Assembly (NCBI GenBank): GCA_030141605.1
Contig: JAQGDQ010000082.1
Span: 248,001 to 312,000 of the forward strand
DNA: 64,000 nt
Reading direction: 5' to 3'
Origin: Tubiluchus corallicola
Lineage: Eukaryota; Animalia; Priapulida
In this document: positions 34,327 through 48,000 of the stretch, piece after piece
Numbering within the stretch: position 1 is the stretch's first letter
Layout: every line of letters starts with the position of its first letter
Notes under the pieces: model-generated
Seen by the model: only the letters and a program-made list of their open reading frames with translations
Databases searched by the model: none
Told to the model about the DNA's origin: nothing
Position numbers and translations under genes: made by a program

Positions 34327-37300
34327 CTATAAGCAAATAAATGTTACTCACATTTTATGCACGTAATTTGGGCACGTATACCAGCACAATTACAATAGTT
34401 TAAAAAGCTTATGAATGTATATTACACAATGCCTTATTTTTCTGTAATAAACAACCAAATAATTATAAAAATTACTGTAAGAGATACTGGGATATTAATT
34501 AATTCGTAATTAATTGAAATACCAATATCAGTTAAATGGTTTTCAAATGAAACAGAAAAAATTGATGTGATTTCAGTTCAGTTTCTAGAAAATGTGTTCA
34601 TCGGTGACCACAGCAAAGCCTTTCAATCAGCCACAGCATTTCCTACAGTGACAGCACTCAAAGCAATATAAAATGCATTAGCACTTAGTGATAAAGCACT
34701 GAGATTCACATGTTAGTTGAGAAATGGATTCCACTGCAACTTTATACTGCTTAGTCCAGAAAACAAAATTATTCCAGCTGTCCTCTAAAAGTAATGATAA
34801 AACTAAGTAAAGCAAAACGTAACTGTAACGTAACGGTAATACATAATGAATCAGTAATGGTACTTAAGGTGCAAAATTAAACAAACAAAATTAGTTTATT
34901 AACTATTAGCTAGAAGGATCCCAGTAAACTATTGTACAAACCTCTAAACGGAGTGCTAGCATTATATATGATCGTTAATAAATTTTAACATGGTTTTACA
35001 AATAAACTGGAATTGCTATAGACTCTCATAGAGGCCCAAACTGTTGTTACTTGGCACATGTACAAGTGTCTGTCCGAAAAACTGGTGCAAAAATCTAAAA
35101 CTGGTGCTAAACACCAAAAGTCAAACTTTATTAATCAGCTGAGTTATACATTCCAGTAAACAAATTAGCTCGTTTTAACTCATAACTCAGCACAATAGCA
35201 ACAGTGGACATCGAAAATTCTGGTAACATACACTTCTAAAATGATTTTAAAAATAGTTAAATTTATTTTAGCTTTTTTAAAGCTGAAACTGCAAATAAAA
35301 ACTACACCATTCTCATTTCGAATGCTGGAGGTTATCTGTACGGTAACCAATATGACGCCTCTTTTTTTAAACGTAACGTACACTGACACATAACACACAT
35401 GTATATATGTTATAAAAGATTTAACATTGTATATGAATTGTAATTCTGGATCGCAATCTTTGAATAAATGTCACTCCCACTGTATTGTAAAGTAACGCCA
35501 GCTTTGGCCAAAATCGGGCGTCCAAAACCCAAAGTGGCCGCCCTGTGCGATCCAACCCATCCTGCACACCTCTCGTGGCACCACTAATTAAGCTGCTAGA
35601 TTTCGCAATTTGTGTATGTATAGTTGTTCTACTTCGTGTGTCAGAATCAAGGCAATTACTATTATCAGTTTCTGCGATGCCATGTCAATAGTCCCTACTG
35701 GTATTCATCACGAGAAAAATTGTTTCTGGAAATGTAATCACTTTCAAAAGCCAAACCATTGCAAGACGTTTGCATCTCGATGAAGCGACCCTATGCCTTT
35801 AATTCCCATCATTTCCTCTACGAGATGAAAAAAGCTGCAGCCATATTGAGTAATGTGAATAGTGATTTCCCAGGAGAAAATGCTCGCTTTAAAGAATTAA
35901 ACGTGTCTGTTGAAATGTCTAACAGCCACTGATGAGAAACAGGACTAAGTAGATCCCAGGGTGAACTATGGAGAAGCGTGTCTTATCTTTGATCTCTCAA
36001 ATTGATTGATGACTCTTAACGCTGAGGAAGCCAAGTAAGGTTTGTTTGAGAGAAGCCCTACTGCTAACCCATTGTCTTGCTGAATTTTAATTGAGTTCTG
36101 TTTAAACTTCAGAGTGTAAATATACTGGACGCGAAAGGTTATCAGGCAAAGTGGAGACCTTAAAAGCAAATGTTTTATGTACATTGCCTCTGCTAATTAC
36201 CCATAGACACAATAAGTTAATAACAAGTGTGTTTGTTTAATGACTCAGCACCCACCAAAACACAGTAAATGTAACCTGTGTGTACCATGATAAGAATAGA
36301 CATTACCAGACTAAAAAGGTTTTGCAAATAGTGATGTAACGACATATTGTCATACCAATAATCAAACTAAATTAACAATCAATAATAAACAAGTAACTCG
36401 TGTATACGCAAAAATGTCACTCAGTAATGTGCACAAGCACTTAGCACTTGTCACAGTTACTGTAACACAATTAGATGCGCGCATACATAGTGTACAAGTT
36501 GTATACCGGGAGTTAAAAAACAGCGCATTAACAAATACTGTCAGTACAGCAATACCACATCATGCAAAGTTCAGTAAGTGCGGTTATACCAAGTTGTGAC
36601 ACGATTGGAAATTGGTGTAACAACCTAAAAATTGTAATATTTTAGGTCATTATGATGTCATAATGCAGAAGTCTACGGTCCATATTTGCCGTATTTGTAT
36701 AGCACTGTTCGTATGGAACACCCTGTACACGGATGCATACAAAAAATACATAAAACATTACCCCAAAAATTAAATCACACAACTAATCAGTAAATTTTAC
36801 ATAAGCAATATTATAATTCGGAAGTCCAAATTCATTTTACAGTTTTTGTCGTATTTCTCCTGCAATATTATTTTGGAACACCCATCCTGTACGAAGATAC
36901 ATGCACAAATACATGAAATCTTGCTTTCCTTTTTAGTTCTTACTTAAATCAACAATAAACTGTATTACTTTCGGTCGTCTGGGACCTTTTCCATGATGTT
37001 GTAATGAATGTAGTCTGACCTGGGCTGGCATTAATGCACACATCTCTGCTAGGTTTTTACACACAATTAACGATTGCATTGTCAAGCGCGATAATTACTG
37101 AATCAGCAAATCAATATCAGCTGCTGACAGCTGTCATTTTCAGATAAACATTTGCAAGCTAGAATACATAAGGAAGCCACCCAATATATACCTGTACGGC
37201 CTGCCAAATAAACAAATGAATAATGAAGCCAAAATGAAGGCAATGGAAGAAGTAGGGGAGTCAAGCAAGTTGAAACATGCAGCAAACCTGTAGTTAATTT

Positions 37301-40300
37301 CATGCTGCAGGACTGGAAACAATGGTCATTTTGCAACGAAACATGCCAGTAACCGTCAAGTGACCTCTGACCTCAAGGTCAAACGACACAATTAAACCTG
37401 ACTAATGGCTTAACTTCATGTCACGTATAAATACAAAACACTTTTTAAGCAAGTTTGACTTTTTTGTACTTAAATTCTTCATTTTTGAGTATGTCTGGGT
37501 TACCAAATTTAATAAAAAATTCACGAATTCTACTAAAAGGGTCAGCAACTCAGGCATATATACTGTAGACAAAACCCAGCAGTCAAAAACCCAAAACCAA
37601 ACCCAGCGGTTACAGAAAATTTCCAGTTTCCAAAGTTGGAAGTAGCTTCCAAATTTTTGCAGTGACCAACATCGTACAGCAAACAAAACAAATCACACGC
37701 TACCCTGATCCATATACTTAAGTATTGACTTTATAATCATAAGTTACATAATCTTTACGAATTTAGCAAACTGGAAATTCAAGACTGTTTTCTCTAAGTG
37801 TAGTAAAGACGTTTGAGTAACTGTTTTCTCTAAGACGCCACGGCAATGTTAAAATTTCATATTCTCTTCTACACCACTAACCTTGGTACCGGTCAATCAC
37901 AAAAGACGCAAAGTGGAATAAAACCCACGACGTTGCACAGGCGACATTACGACGGCGTCATTAAAGGGTTAAGTTATAACTACACACTTCATTTGAATTA
38001 ATAATATGGAAGTAGTGAATGATGCAGTGTCATTGATCATAGTGCCATTCTTACTTCACAGCGTTACATTTATAGCTATTTTTTGGCAGCTGCAGTCTAA
38101 CCAGGTTATTTGTGAATTTGCAACTGCTATTTTTATTAAAAATTTCCATGTAATTACTACATGCCCGAAGAATATTGTCTGTTCAAAGTAAAGTTATGTT
38201 AGCAAAATAAAGCCAAGTAATGATATTAATAAAGCAAAAAAGGTGTAGTAATCGTAATTTTTTTAAAAAAAAGGTCTCAAAGATATCCTACAATAAGTTG
38301 AAAGTACCACTGTCATAGCTAAAATATAAATAGATTAACATTTGTGAGTGCAGGACAAACAAGAAAGCAAAACATGATGGTACAAACGTAAGAAACCCAC
38401 AATGAAAAACCATCAGAAAATGAATTTGTTTGGCATGCTATAAGGGATTAATAACTGGAGAATATGGTGGCCTAGTGGTCTAGAGTGTCTACCTTGTAAA
38501 CAGAAGGTCCCTGGTTCAAATCCAGGTTAATTTACACCTTTTTCACATTTCCTATATTTCAAATTGGTATATAAATTTCATTAATTTTCATTAATTAAAT
38601 TTGTACTATCATTAATAATACTTTTATGTTTGTACCATCAAATACAATTATCTTGACATTCAGATTATGACAATTAAGAAAGTTTCCCAATTTTTCTTTA
38701 AGAGCTTATAACTTGCAATGCAGATAATAAGATCTTTAATTTAGAAAGTTGTCTTATGTTTCCTTATAAATACCAACAAGGCAAAGCTCGAAACTTTTTG
38801 TATTTCAAGACTTGATAAAACTGCAAACACAAAAAATTGTAAAGCTTTGAAATAAAAAGTGACTTTAAACTTCACTCAACTTGCCACAAAAACTAGAATA
38901 AAACTTCGTATTAAAAATTTTGATTTTTTTCTTGTTCCACTTCAAATGATACCCCAGCATGGCAAAAAATTAGGAAATAATATCATATGGAAACAATATA
39001 TCATATTGCTGAAAATTTGAACAGACACAATGAATTCTTTCAATTCGATGCAAAAACAGTTCAAAATGCTAAGAGAAATCAAGCAACACAAACACAAGAT
39101 GGAAGTATTAGGAAAGAGATTGGCTCAAATACTTTTTTCAAACAACATTCTTTGCCAAAGTGCCATTGTATAGTGTCTTGTAATGGAAATAAAACAACTC
39201 TGCTAACTTGAATTGTCCTATGAATAGAGATGTAAAACAAGTGATTATATAAGTTCTCGCTACATGCCATACTACTGATCATCAACAGTGACACAGAAGG
39301 TTAGCCAGTGCTACAAGCAAATTCTCGTGTTAATCAGTCCACGAGTCTCAGCTTTTTCTGTCGTAAAATGCGTAATGAGAGCTGAAGACCTTATACACAG
39401 GAAACAGTAAAAAGCCTCCATAAGAACCTCATCAGAGAGCTCATTCCAGATACATGACAGAACCAATTAAGTCCAGATTAGTGACCTGCTGCTTAATCAA
39501 TACATCTATTTAGCAAACTACTAATCCATGCAGCAGCTAACCTACTTAGACTAAATGAATTTGCTGACATTGTAGATTGAATTTTCTTGGGTGAATACTC
39601 AAAGGAGAAGGCAATTCTCAGTGCCCTCTATGAGGAGAACAGGAAAGCTGTTGTGTGTGCGAAAGTGACTGGGCAGGAAATGAAATGGATTGGATAATAG
39701 AATTACATGGCTAGGCTAGCAAATCTGATTTGACAAAATCTTGGGCTCGCTAGAGAGTGAATGCATGTTGACCATACAATTAAAGAAGGTTTTCAAAGAT
39801 ACAAAACTTCTGATTTCAAAGGCCTGGCCTGCGAAGCCACGATTCAAGAATAAGATAGTTTACAAATAAGTAGAACTTTTATATTCATGTTCATTGCTTA
39901 AGCACAATTTTAATTTACCAAGATAATGACAGTGTTCTTAACAATGTGCTTGTGCTTGTATGGCAAAAACGTCCGAAAGTCGGCAAATAAGCTTTTCTAG
40001 TTATTCACATAACCTGAATCTCTATTTGATGAATGAGGAACATTTTGATGCCAAGTTCATCACTCTATATTATTTCTAAGCTGAGATAATCCACGTTAAA
40101 GTTGAGATGGGCTGCACACTGAAAAACACATAATTTTGACAACATCGCTGTTACAATTAGTCATCGTTTTTGTCGCATTTAGCAACCGTACGAACTTGCT
40201 ATAGACTTTGCAAGAGTGAATTGAAGTTACCTATAAATCCTGTAGATGGCGCTTTCAAACAAAGATCTGGGCTTGGCAATAGAAAAATACGCAAGCATGA

Positions 40301-43300
40301 CAGCTTTCATGAGCTACTATCGGAGTTTGAAAATACAAGTTTTTGACGAACATCTTACTAGTTTTTAGGCAGAGAAGTGGGTAAGGAGCTATAAAATTAA
40401 ATTTTTAGCATTTTCTAAACAATTTCCTGACGTTTTCATGCAAGAAAGTATAAGTCGAATATATTTAGTGCCTGTTTTTGTAAAAAAACAAAAAAATGCT
40501 ATTTGACCCTATTTTCGATACATTGTACTTTTTGAAGCATCATAACGCAGTTTTAACTATACCGACTTGTGGATGGTTTTGGTTTGCAAGCACACATATA
40601 TCATTATTATAATGATAATGATTAGTATCTTTTTGACAATGGTAAACTGAATACTGTTCACTTTTTATTAGACATTTTAGATGCTCATGAAAATAACAAT
40701 TTCAGTTTTTTAAGCAACGTGGAACTGTATGATATATTTGAATATATAACATAACTACTGTCAGATTTCTATGTATTGGTAAATTTCATTCTTTTTTAGA
40801 TGTTGGAGAATCGAAATTGCAATGGTCAAAGTTATTCCCTCAATTTAAGCTTGTGCAGTTTATGTATGTATGTATGTATGTTGTGTGCAGTTTGTATGTT
40901 GTGCGAGTGTGTTATAATAATGGTAACGTTGCATTCTTTTTTGTGATAATTCTCTAACATGATTGTATTGTTTGGGCAAAGCACGTGCAAATAAACGGCA
41001 AATAAATAAATAATGCTCTATCCCTGCGAGCTATTATTCTATTGTTCTATCTCTGTGAGCTTACTGAGCCTTATTCACTCCAATGTCCCTTATTCAGTCC
41101 AAGGAACCCAATGTCACTCTAATGTTTTAAGGAGTCTTGTTCTCATTCTTACCATCTTTACTTTCTTGTCTTTCCTTTTTAATCAATATGCAAATTTCTA
41201 AGATAAAACTTGATCAACAAAGGAATTATCCCCATCACCCATCCAGCACTAAAGCAGTTCCAATAATGTAAAATCTTTGAAAACAATTAACTACATAAAG
41301 GCATGCTGATTTCAAATTATTTTCCACGGTATAAACGATTTATGATGCTTACAGATATCCCCCGGGTCGTATGACCATTTCTCTCCGGGTCATTTGTTTT
41401 GTTATTGTCTTGTAGTACAAGTGTTACATCGGGATTGTAGCAGGTTCAAGTAATAATGTTACCAAAAGCAAGGATTTCCACTTACCAGGGTCAGGAGTCT
41501 TCCCAACTTCTTCTCTATAGTATGCAGCATCATCTTCTTCTTCACCTTCAGCATCAGCAGCATCACCTAACCTGTTCTTCAGATTTCCTGCTCTCTTCAT
41601 GCCTTCAAGTGATTTCTGCTGATTGGCTTCTTTTTCTGCTAGTTTCTTACGAATGTTCGCTTCTTGTTGTTTGACTCGCATCTGTTTCAGCTTTCTAAAA
41701 AAAATTCAGCAAATTGCCAACATTACAAAAAAAGAAAACATATAATGTTTCACAGTTTCTATTTCAATAAGATATACTATCAAACTTGATCTGGTCTATA
41801 GAATTTTTAAACAGGTGAGGATAGTGCCATTCTATCAGCAAAAATACAAATTGATAGTTGTAGTCATTTGCCAAAAAATCATCACAGGTGGCAGAACTGG
41901 AATCCTGCTAATTATCAAAATTAATCTTCCAATATAAAATGCTCAACTGGCAAAAATGCACAGTCTCCCAAACAAGGTGTATAACACAAGGCAGCATATA
42001 AAACAAAAAGTGATTTTCCTGGCAGGCGCCCACCCATCTACTAATAAGGCCCAGTGTCAGTTAACTTCAGTCGTTAAACACACATTACTTCTCATCTTTT
42101 CTCTTCACGTAACATCATTCTAACTTATTAAAGCACGAGATTCAATTTGCTGTTTGTAAAGAACGATGACCAATGTACTTTTTGTTCTAGAATATTATAA
42201 GATTAAAAATCGTATTATAATAACACTAAAGCCTCTTTTTTACTAGTTCTTGTATTTACACACAAGCATTTAGCCAGGCTTTTACATTGCGGTTGGGAAC
42301 AACCTATACTTGTCTTTTAGTAAATGTTCTATTAAAGAACCAGGTAACATTTTCAGCTTCTATCAAGACTAATTTATGAGGGAAAGATGACTGGCTGAGT
42401 CACTGTTATATCTGTGGCAATAATTTTAGTTGCATTCCCATTTCCGGACAGTAGTTTTTGCAAAGCATTACTATACACCAGTTTTTAGCAGGTGCAAACT
42501 TAGGACCTAATACTTTCTTGACTGCTCATGACCTAATCAAGACTCAATACTGAATTAGGATCCTACGTGATTCGAACACCACCTTTCATATCAACTCAAT
42601 CAGAATCTGAGCAATTTCTAAACTACTGTACCATATACATTGGTAAACATGGAGTACTGTTTCAGAAAATGTAAACAGCATGCCAAACAAAACTATTTAT
42701 ATAGGGAAAAGCAAATCAACTGATATTATATTAGTAATTTTATAGCAAATCCAGAAAACAAAATTTATTGTTTTCAAAAATAATAACATTGCCTACGTTG
42801 CAATAAATTTGTGAACATACAGCCACTTATATACGAAACTACACTGCAATTTAAACAAGAAAGGACAAATAAAGTGTGAAAGTAGGAACAAAATTTACTT
42901 TTTTCTAGCGGCATTCTCTCGTATAGTCCTCTTCTCTTCCTCCGTCTTCTGTATAAAAGCATGGTACAGCACCTCTCCCTCGCCCACCCCCTCCTGAATC
43001 TTGAACAGCTTTAATGTGAGTCTTGGTCCAAGTTCAGTTAACCTTTAAATGTGGAGAAATGCTTTGCAATGTCACACATTTACAAAATTAGGGCTGTATC
43101 ATTTATCACTGAAGGCAAAACATCAGAAAACAAAAACAGAAAGACCATTATTTGTGTAAAAAATTTAAGGCAAGTGCTTTTCTTATTTACAAACCAACAA
43201 TTAGGTATCATAAGTAAACTAGCTCGATATAAGACAGTTAAGAACGCGTCCGCGAGAAGACCATGCAAAATCGAAAAATTCCGGCACAAGGCTAGGTAAC

Positions 43301-45038
43301 CGATTCGGACCAAAGTTCGGGTATGAAGTCCACTAGTCACTAGCATTCACTATGTGAATCCGTTTGGTTCAACTCCTCATAGTAGCAGAGGTACGGCATA
43401 GGCCGATTTTCATGAAAAAATATATATTTTCTCTCTATTTTTTACTCATATTTGAAGGATTAGCCATGCAGCAACCACTGAGTTTGAATAGATCTGACTC
43501 TGCACAGTATTGGATCTTGTTATCTTCTCCAAAATGACTTTTTGACTTTTGTCCCAAACCCCCCTCTTTCGGCTCTACTGGGGGTCTTTAAGCTCGCAGT
43601 ATGCACAAGATGCAAATACTCAGTCATTTCAAAGTCTTATATCTCACCCACTGCGGGGGCGGGGACAAAAATATCGATATGTATGTGAATAGAGCATCCC
43701 ATCCCACTATGCTGCAGTGACAATTTCGATGGAGCGAATTTCCACCCTATTGTAAAAGACCCCTGAAAGAGGCCTATATCAGGGTGAAAATATAGCTAAC
43801 AACGTTCATCAAAAAGCTTCGTGTAGGTAACCATGAGTTGTCAAATCTTGTCAAAATACTTCAAAACGTCACAAATATTCATCTTTGGCAACTAGGGGCC
43901 TGGCCAGCACATTGGTTAAACTACCGACAGGATTGGACTCCAGCATTCAAGATGGAGGCCACTGCTGAACTAAAACGTTCGTTTTCTGGGCTGTTTTTAC
44001 CAGTGTTAAATGCGGCATTGTGACTAGTTATCCGCACGAAACGATTATTGTGAATCTATTAGCCTGTACTATAGACACTGGACCGCATTTAGAGCGCTTC
44101 CATCTTCAAACAAATGAAATATCTACAGAATGGAAATTGCTTCTTGCAAGGACTGGAAAATGTTTTATGTATTGTTTATTTTGTATGCTTTGTAAATGTT
44201 ATGCACAGGTTATTACCTAGTTATTATTCATTGTCTTACATAGGCGTACAAGCCAGGACACAAAGAAAATTGCCCTAAATCTGAGCGAATGCCCAAAAAA
44301 TATGGGACAGACTTCCCCCAAAATATAATTTGTCCGGTGATTTTTTGACTGTAAAACATCGAAAATTTTTGTGCCATTGGCGCAATCATTCAATCACACT
44401 ATTTGTATTTTTTGTCAGAAGTATCGATTTTGTGCCACAAAAAAATTTGGGCGAAGAACAATTTTCTGAGCTAACTATCACCGCCATCCCCCTAGAAGCG
44501 GCCCATACGCTTATATTGTCTCATGTTTAGACTGTAAGATTTTCGCTTTATCACTTTCCCCATATATATTTGTCTATATTTCTGTATCTATCTTCTAGTG
44601 ATAATCTACCTGCATCGATAATTCTTTCTCTATTATTTAGATATTATGGTTTTGATTACATGTACTACTCTTCAGTGATAGGTTTATGCTGCTACAATAG
44701 GAACCGTATTTTGGACTTAGAGAAATTAATTCTGACTGAGTTTTGTAGTTTTTCATTTTTGTACTGATATTCAGGGCCTATGTCAGCCTAGGCGAGGCCC
44801 AGGGAAGTGGGGCGTATGAGGCCCTATCGGGGGGGGGGGGGTGAAGCGCCGGTGGGCGGGCGCTACCATGGTTGGCGCCCAGAAAATTTTTGAACTGCTA
44901 GAAGCCGGAGAAGCATTTTCAAAGAGAGAATATGGAGTTATACAGTTGTTAAAGGAAAGAACAATTGAAAGAAAAACTGCTTTATTCTCAAAACCAGTCC
45001 TTAATACTTGTCAATACTGGCAAACGGCGCGCGTGCTG

Positions 45039-45093
<55 letters not shown>

Positions 45094-48000
45094 GAGAGAG
45101 GGGGAGAGAGGAGGCAGTATGTTTGCATACGGCAAAAAAATGCTACCTCGGCGCGAGGCCCCCAGGAACTATCCCCACTTCCCCCCACTTGAAATAGGTC
45201 CTGCTGATATTCATAATCTTCTATGTATAGTCATGAAGCTTATTCATATAAAAAGTATAAAAATTAATGGATTTCTATTTTATATGTATATACCGAATGT
45301 TGTCAGATTATTTCGCTAGCAATGACTGTCAGTCTTAACAATCGGTACTTTTTTTCTAATAGAGGGCTTATTGTTTAGTCTTTCCTGGTAACAATTAGCG
45401 ATTCAGTGTGTAGAGAATGCCTTGAATCAGGGTCGGACTCGGTACCTGGGGCATGCATATGTCCTGTCCTGAAATCCATCAGAAGAGGCAATTATTCATA
45501 TTTGTAGTCATATGATAATTCCGACATAACTAAACCAATTTAAGATGAAATTCGCATATTTCTAGCAATTTCCATGGCAAAGGAATCTATTGCTACTAGG
45601 AAATGAGAGCACTAGTCACAGAAAATGCAGGTTAAACGTGGATATATGTTTACTGTCATTTACGACCTGAGCCAAGTATGTCGACTTTTTCACATGGACG
45701 GAATTACTATGGAAAGTAAAAAAAGGTGTTGATATGGCAATTTTTTCTAACAGTGCCCCCTTTATATAATGTCATTCATGATATTATCTCGGCTCGTGCG
45801 TTTTTATGAAATTTAGAATACAGATTTGTCACTTTTAGTCCAGCATATAGATAGAAAAGGTATTGAAAAACTACAAAAAAGGCGAATTTTGCTGATTTTT
45901 GTGAAATTTTAAAGTGCCACTAGTAAATACTGAAACAGGCTCCAGCGAATTTTCTTTTTTATATTATTAGTGAGGATGATGGTTAACATATACATGAAAA
46001 CCAGAAGTTGTGTAGCCCCGCAGTGGGCGAGTTATGAGCCTTACAACTTAACCTCTCCTTGGACTCTTAATAAAGAGCCGAATTTAAAAAATCCCGTTCT
46101 CTGATACTATTAATAGTATGTCAGAAAAAGTTAGGATATCAGAAGACAATGTCTGGGTCTATGTACCAGCCAACTTACATCGACCCATCTATAATAGTTT
46201 ATACAGGAGAAAAAGTTAAAATAACCCCCCAAAATAGCGATTTTTTGCCTCTTTTGAGGTCAATTTCTTGATGTGGTCATTTCTCTGCCAATAGTAGCTC
46301 GATCGATTTGATATCTTGGTTACATGGTTTTGGGGGGTCGCCCTTCATGTTAGAAAAAAATGATAGAAATTCGTCACCCCTCATGTGCCACCCCCTGCAT
46401 GGTGCTCTCGCGGACTCGTTCTTAAATAGACTATTAAACTATAAGGTACTATAATGACGATTATACACATGCAATGACAAATGAATGGGTGACATTCAAA
46501 AAACTACCAAAACAACTGCAAAATGTAAAAAATGCAAAAAGACAACTTAAGGTAATGATGACGTCGACAATCAACTTGCGTGATGTTTAAGCACAATATT
46601 TTCTGAGTATTTTACTTAATCAGAAATTTACATTTGTGACTCGTGACCACGCTCTATATAGTTACATTGACCAGCAGAAACACATACAAGCTTTGTTTAA
46701 TAGCAGGTAAAGACAAACTTTCGAAGTGAGAATTTGGGAGTAGAAAACTGAAGCACAAAGCAGGTCATTTTGTACTTACAACCCATGAGTAAAGACTTCT
46801 TTCAGTTTATTATGCCATTTTGTAGACCAATTCAACTGGTCAAAAATTGCCACACTGATTACCCAGCTATTATTATTCCAGTTAAATATTTCTGAGCTTT
46901 ATTTCAGCCTTTTATTAACATATCTTCCCCTCTGATTTGTACAAGCAGTTACAGAAATAACTGCTGCAAATTTTATATGCCGACCATTGCAGAAGTTTCT
47001 GGTTTCGTAATTTTAAAAATAATAACCCTTCAAGAAATCGCAACTATGAGTCCCGCTCTCCCTCACCGAAACAATGAGCAATAGTTTACATAATGCCAGT
47101 AAAACAATACGACATGTATGAGAAAGGACAATCATCACATCACTTTTGTACTTACACAAAAGTAAGATGACTGTGCTTTAAAGGCAGGTGCACAAACTTT
47201 TTCTACACACACATTCTTCAATTCTACAAAATCTTGTTCAGCTTATTTAACAAAAAGAAAAGTATTCAGTGACTGAACGTAAGAACAAAATTTGCAGTGT
47301 ACATTACTTCAGAGCCCAGAATTAGTACATATGAACTTAAGCCAACATTTTTCCCTAATTCAACTTACAAGCCAAAAATAAAATGACATTAAAGCAAATT
47401 ACCTGATTGCACTCTGTTGAGATTGAAGATTTCCTCTGCTGGAAAGTTTCTGAGGTAGTATAACTTGGTTGTCCTCCCCGTCAATCTCTGCCTCACTTTC
47501 AGACAAGTTACCACCTCTGCAATACATAAAGCTTTTGGTGAGAAAAACATGTGTTTGTAAATTCTGAAAATGGTTTTAGGTGAAGCAAAGATGTCTGGAA
47601 TTTAGCATAAATGCTATAAAGAACAATAAAATATTATTATCTTAGTTATAATAATATCACTAATAAGTAATGTGAGAAAGAGCTGATAAATACAGAACAG
47701 CAGACCCAAATGATTCAAGTGATCCAAATATAAGACATCAACCTTTACAATGTTTGTTTAGTCAGAATTAGCTACAATGCATAAAGCAAAATCATGTTTC
47801 AGCAATTTCACAATTTTATTTCTAATTATAAATAATACAATAGACATTTACTGCATATTAAAGCACAGAATCTCCTACTAAAGCCTTATTTAAACAATGG
47901 TAGTCGTAAATGAGAATGACAGGGCCACAATGTATTAAGTGCCAATCGTCAGTAGCAACGAGTGTTATCGGCCATTAGCACAGGTTCTAATGAACTTAAT

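Larger units (their letters stand above)
43242..46421. mobile_element. Non-autonomous TTAA-specific DNA transposon (Kolobok-like) in PPAN intron 7
   Basis: TTAA on both sides (43238-43241, 46422-46425). 26-bp TIR gaacgcgtccgcgagaagaccatgca / tgcatggtgctctcgcggactcgttc with 3 mismatches. Purine-purine termini and a subterminal inverted motif (cccactgcgggg near 43647 and 46016). No transposase ORF. Confidence 0.78.

Noticed and set aside
35929-35960. CTGATGA hammerhead-like core
   Set aside because: No stem II or correctly placed GAAA and flanking helices.
38466-38526. Functional tRNA-Thr gene
   Set aside because: No acceptor stem and a poor anticodon stem. A related decayed copy near 26901 points to a SINE.
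44841-45319. ER-repeat ORFs
   Set aside because: Caused by the (GA)n tract within a MITE.
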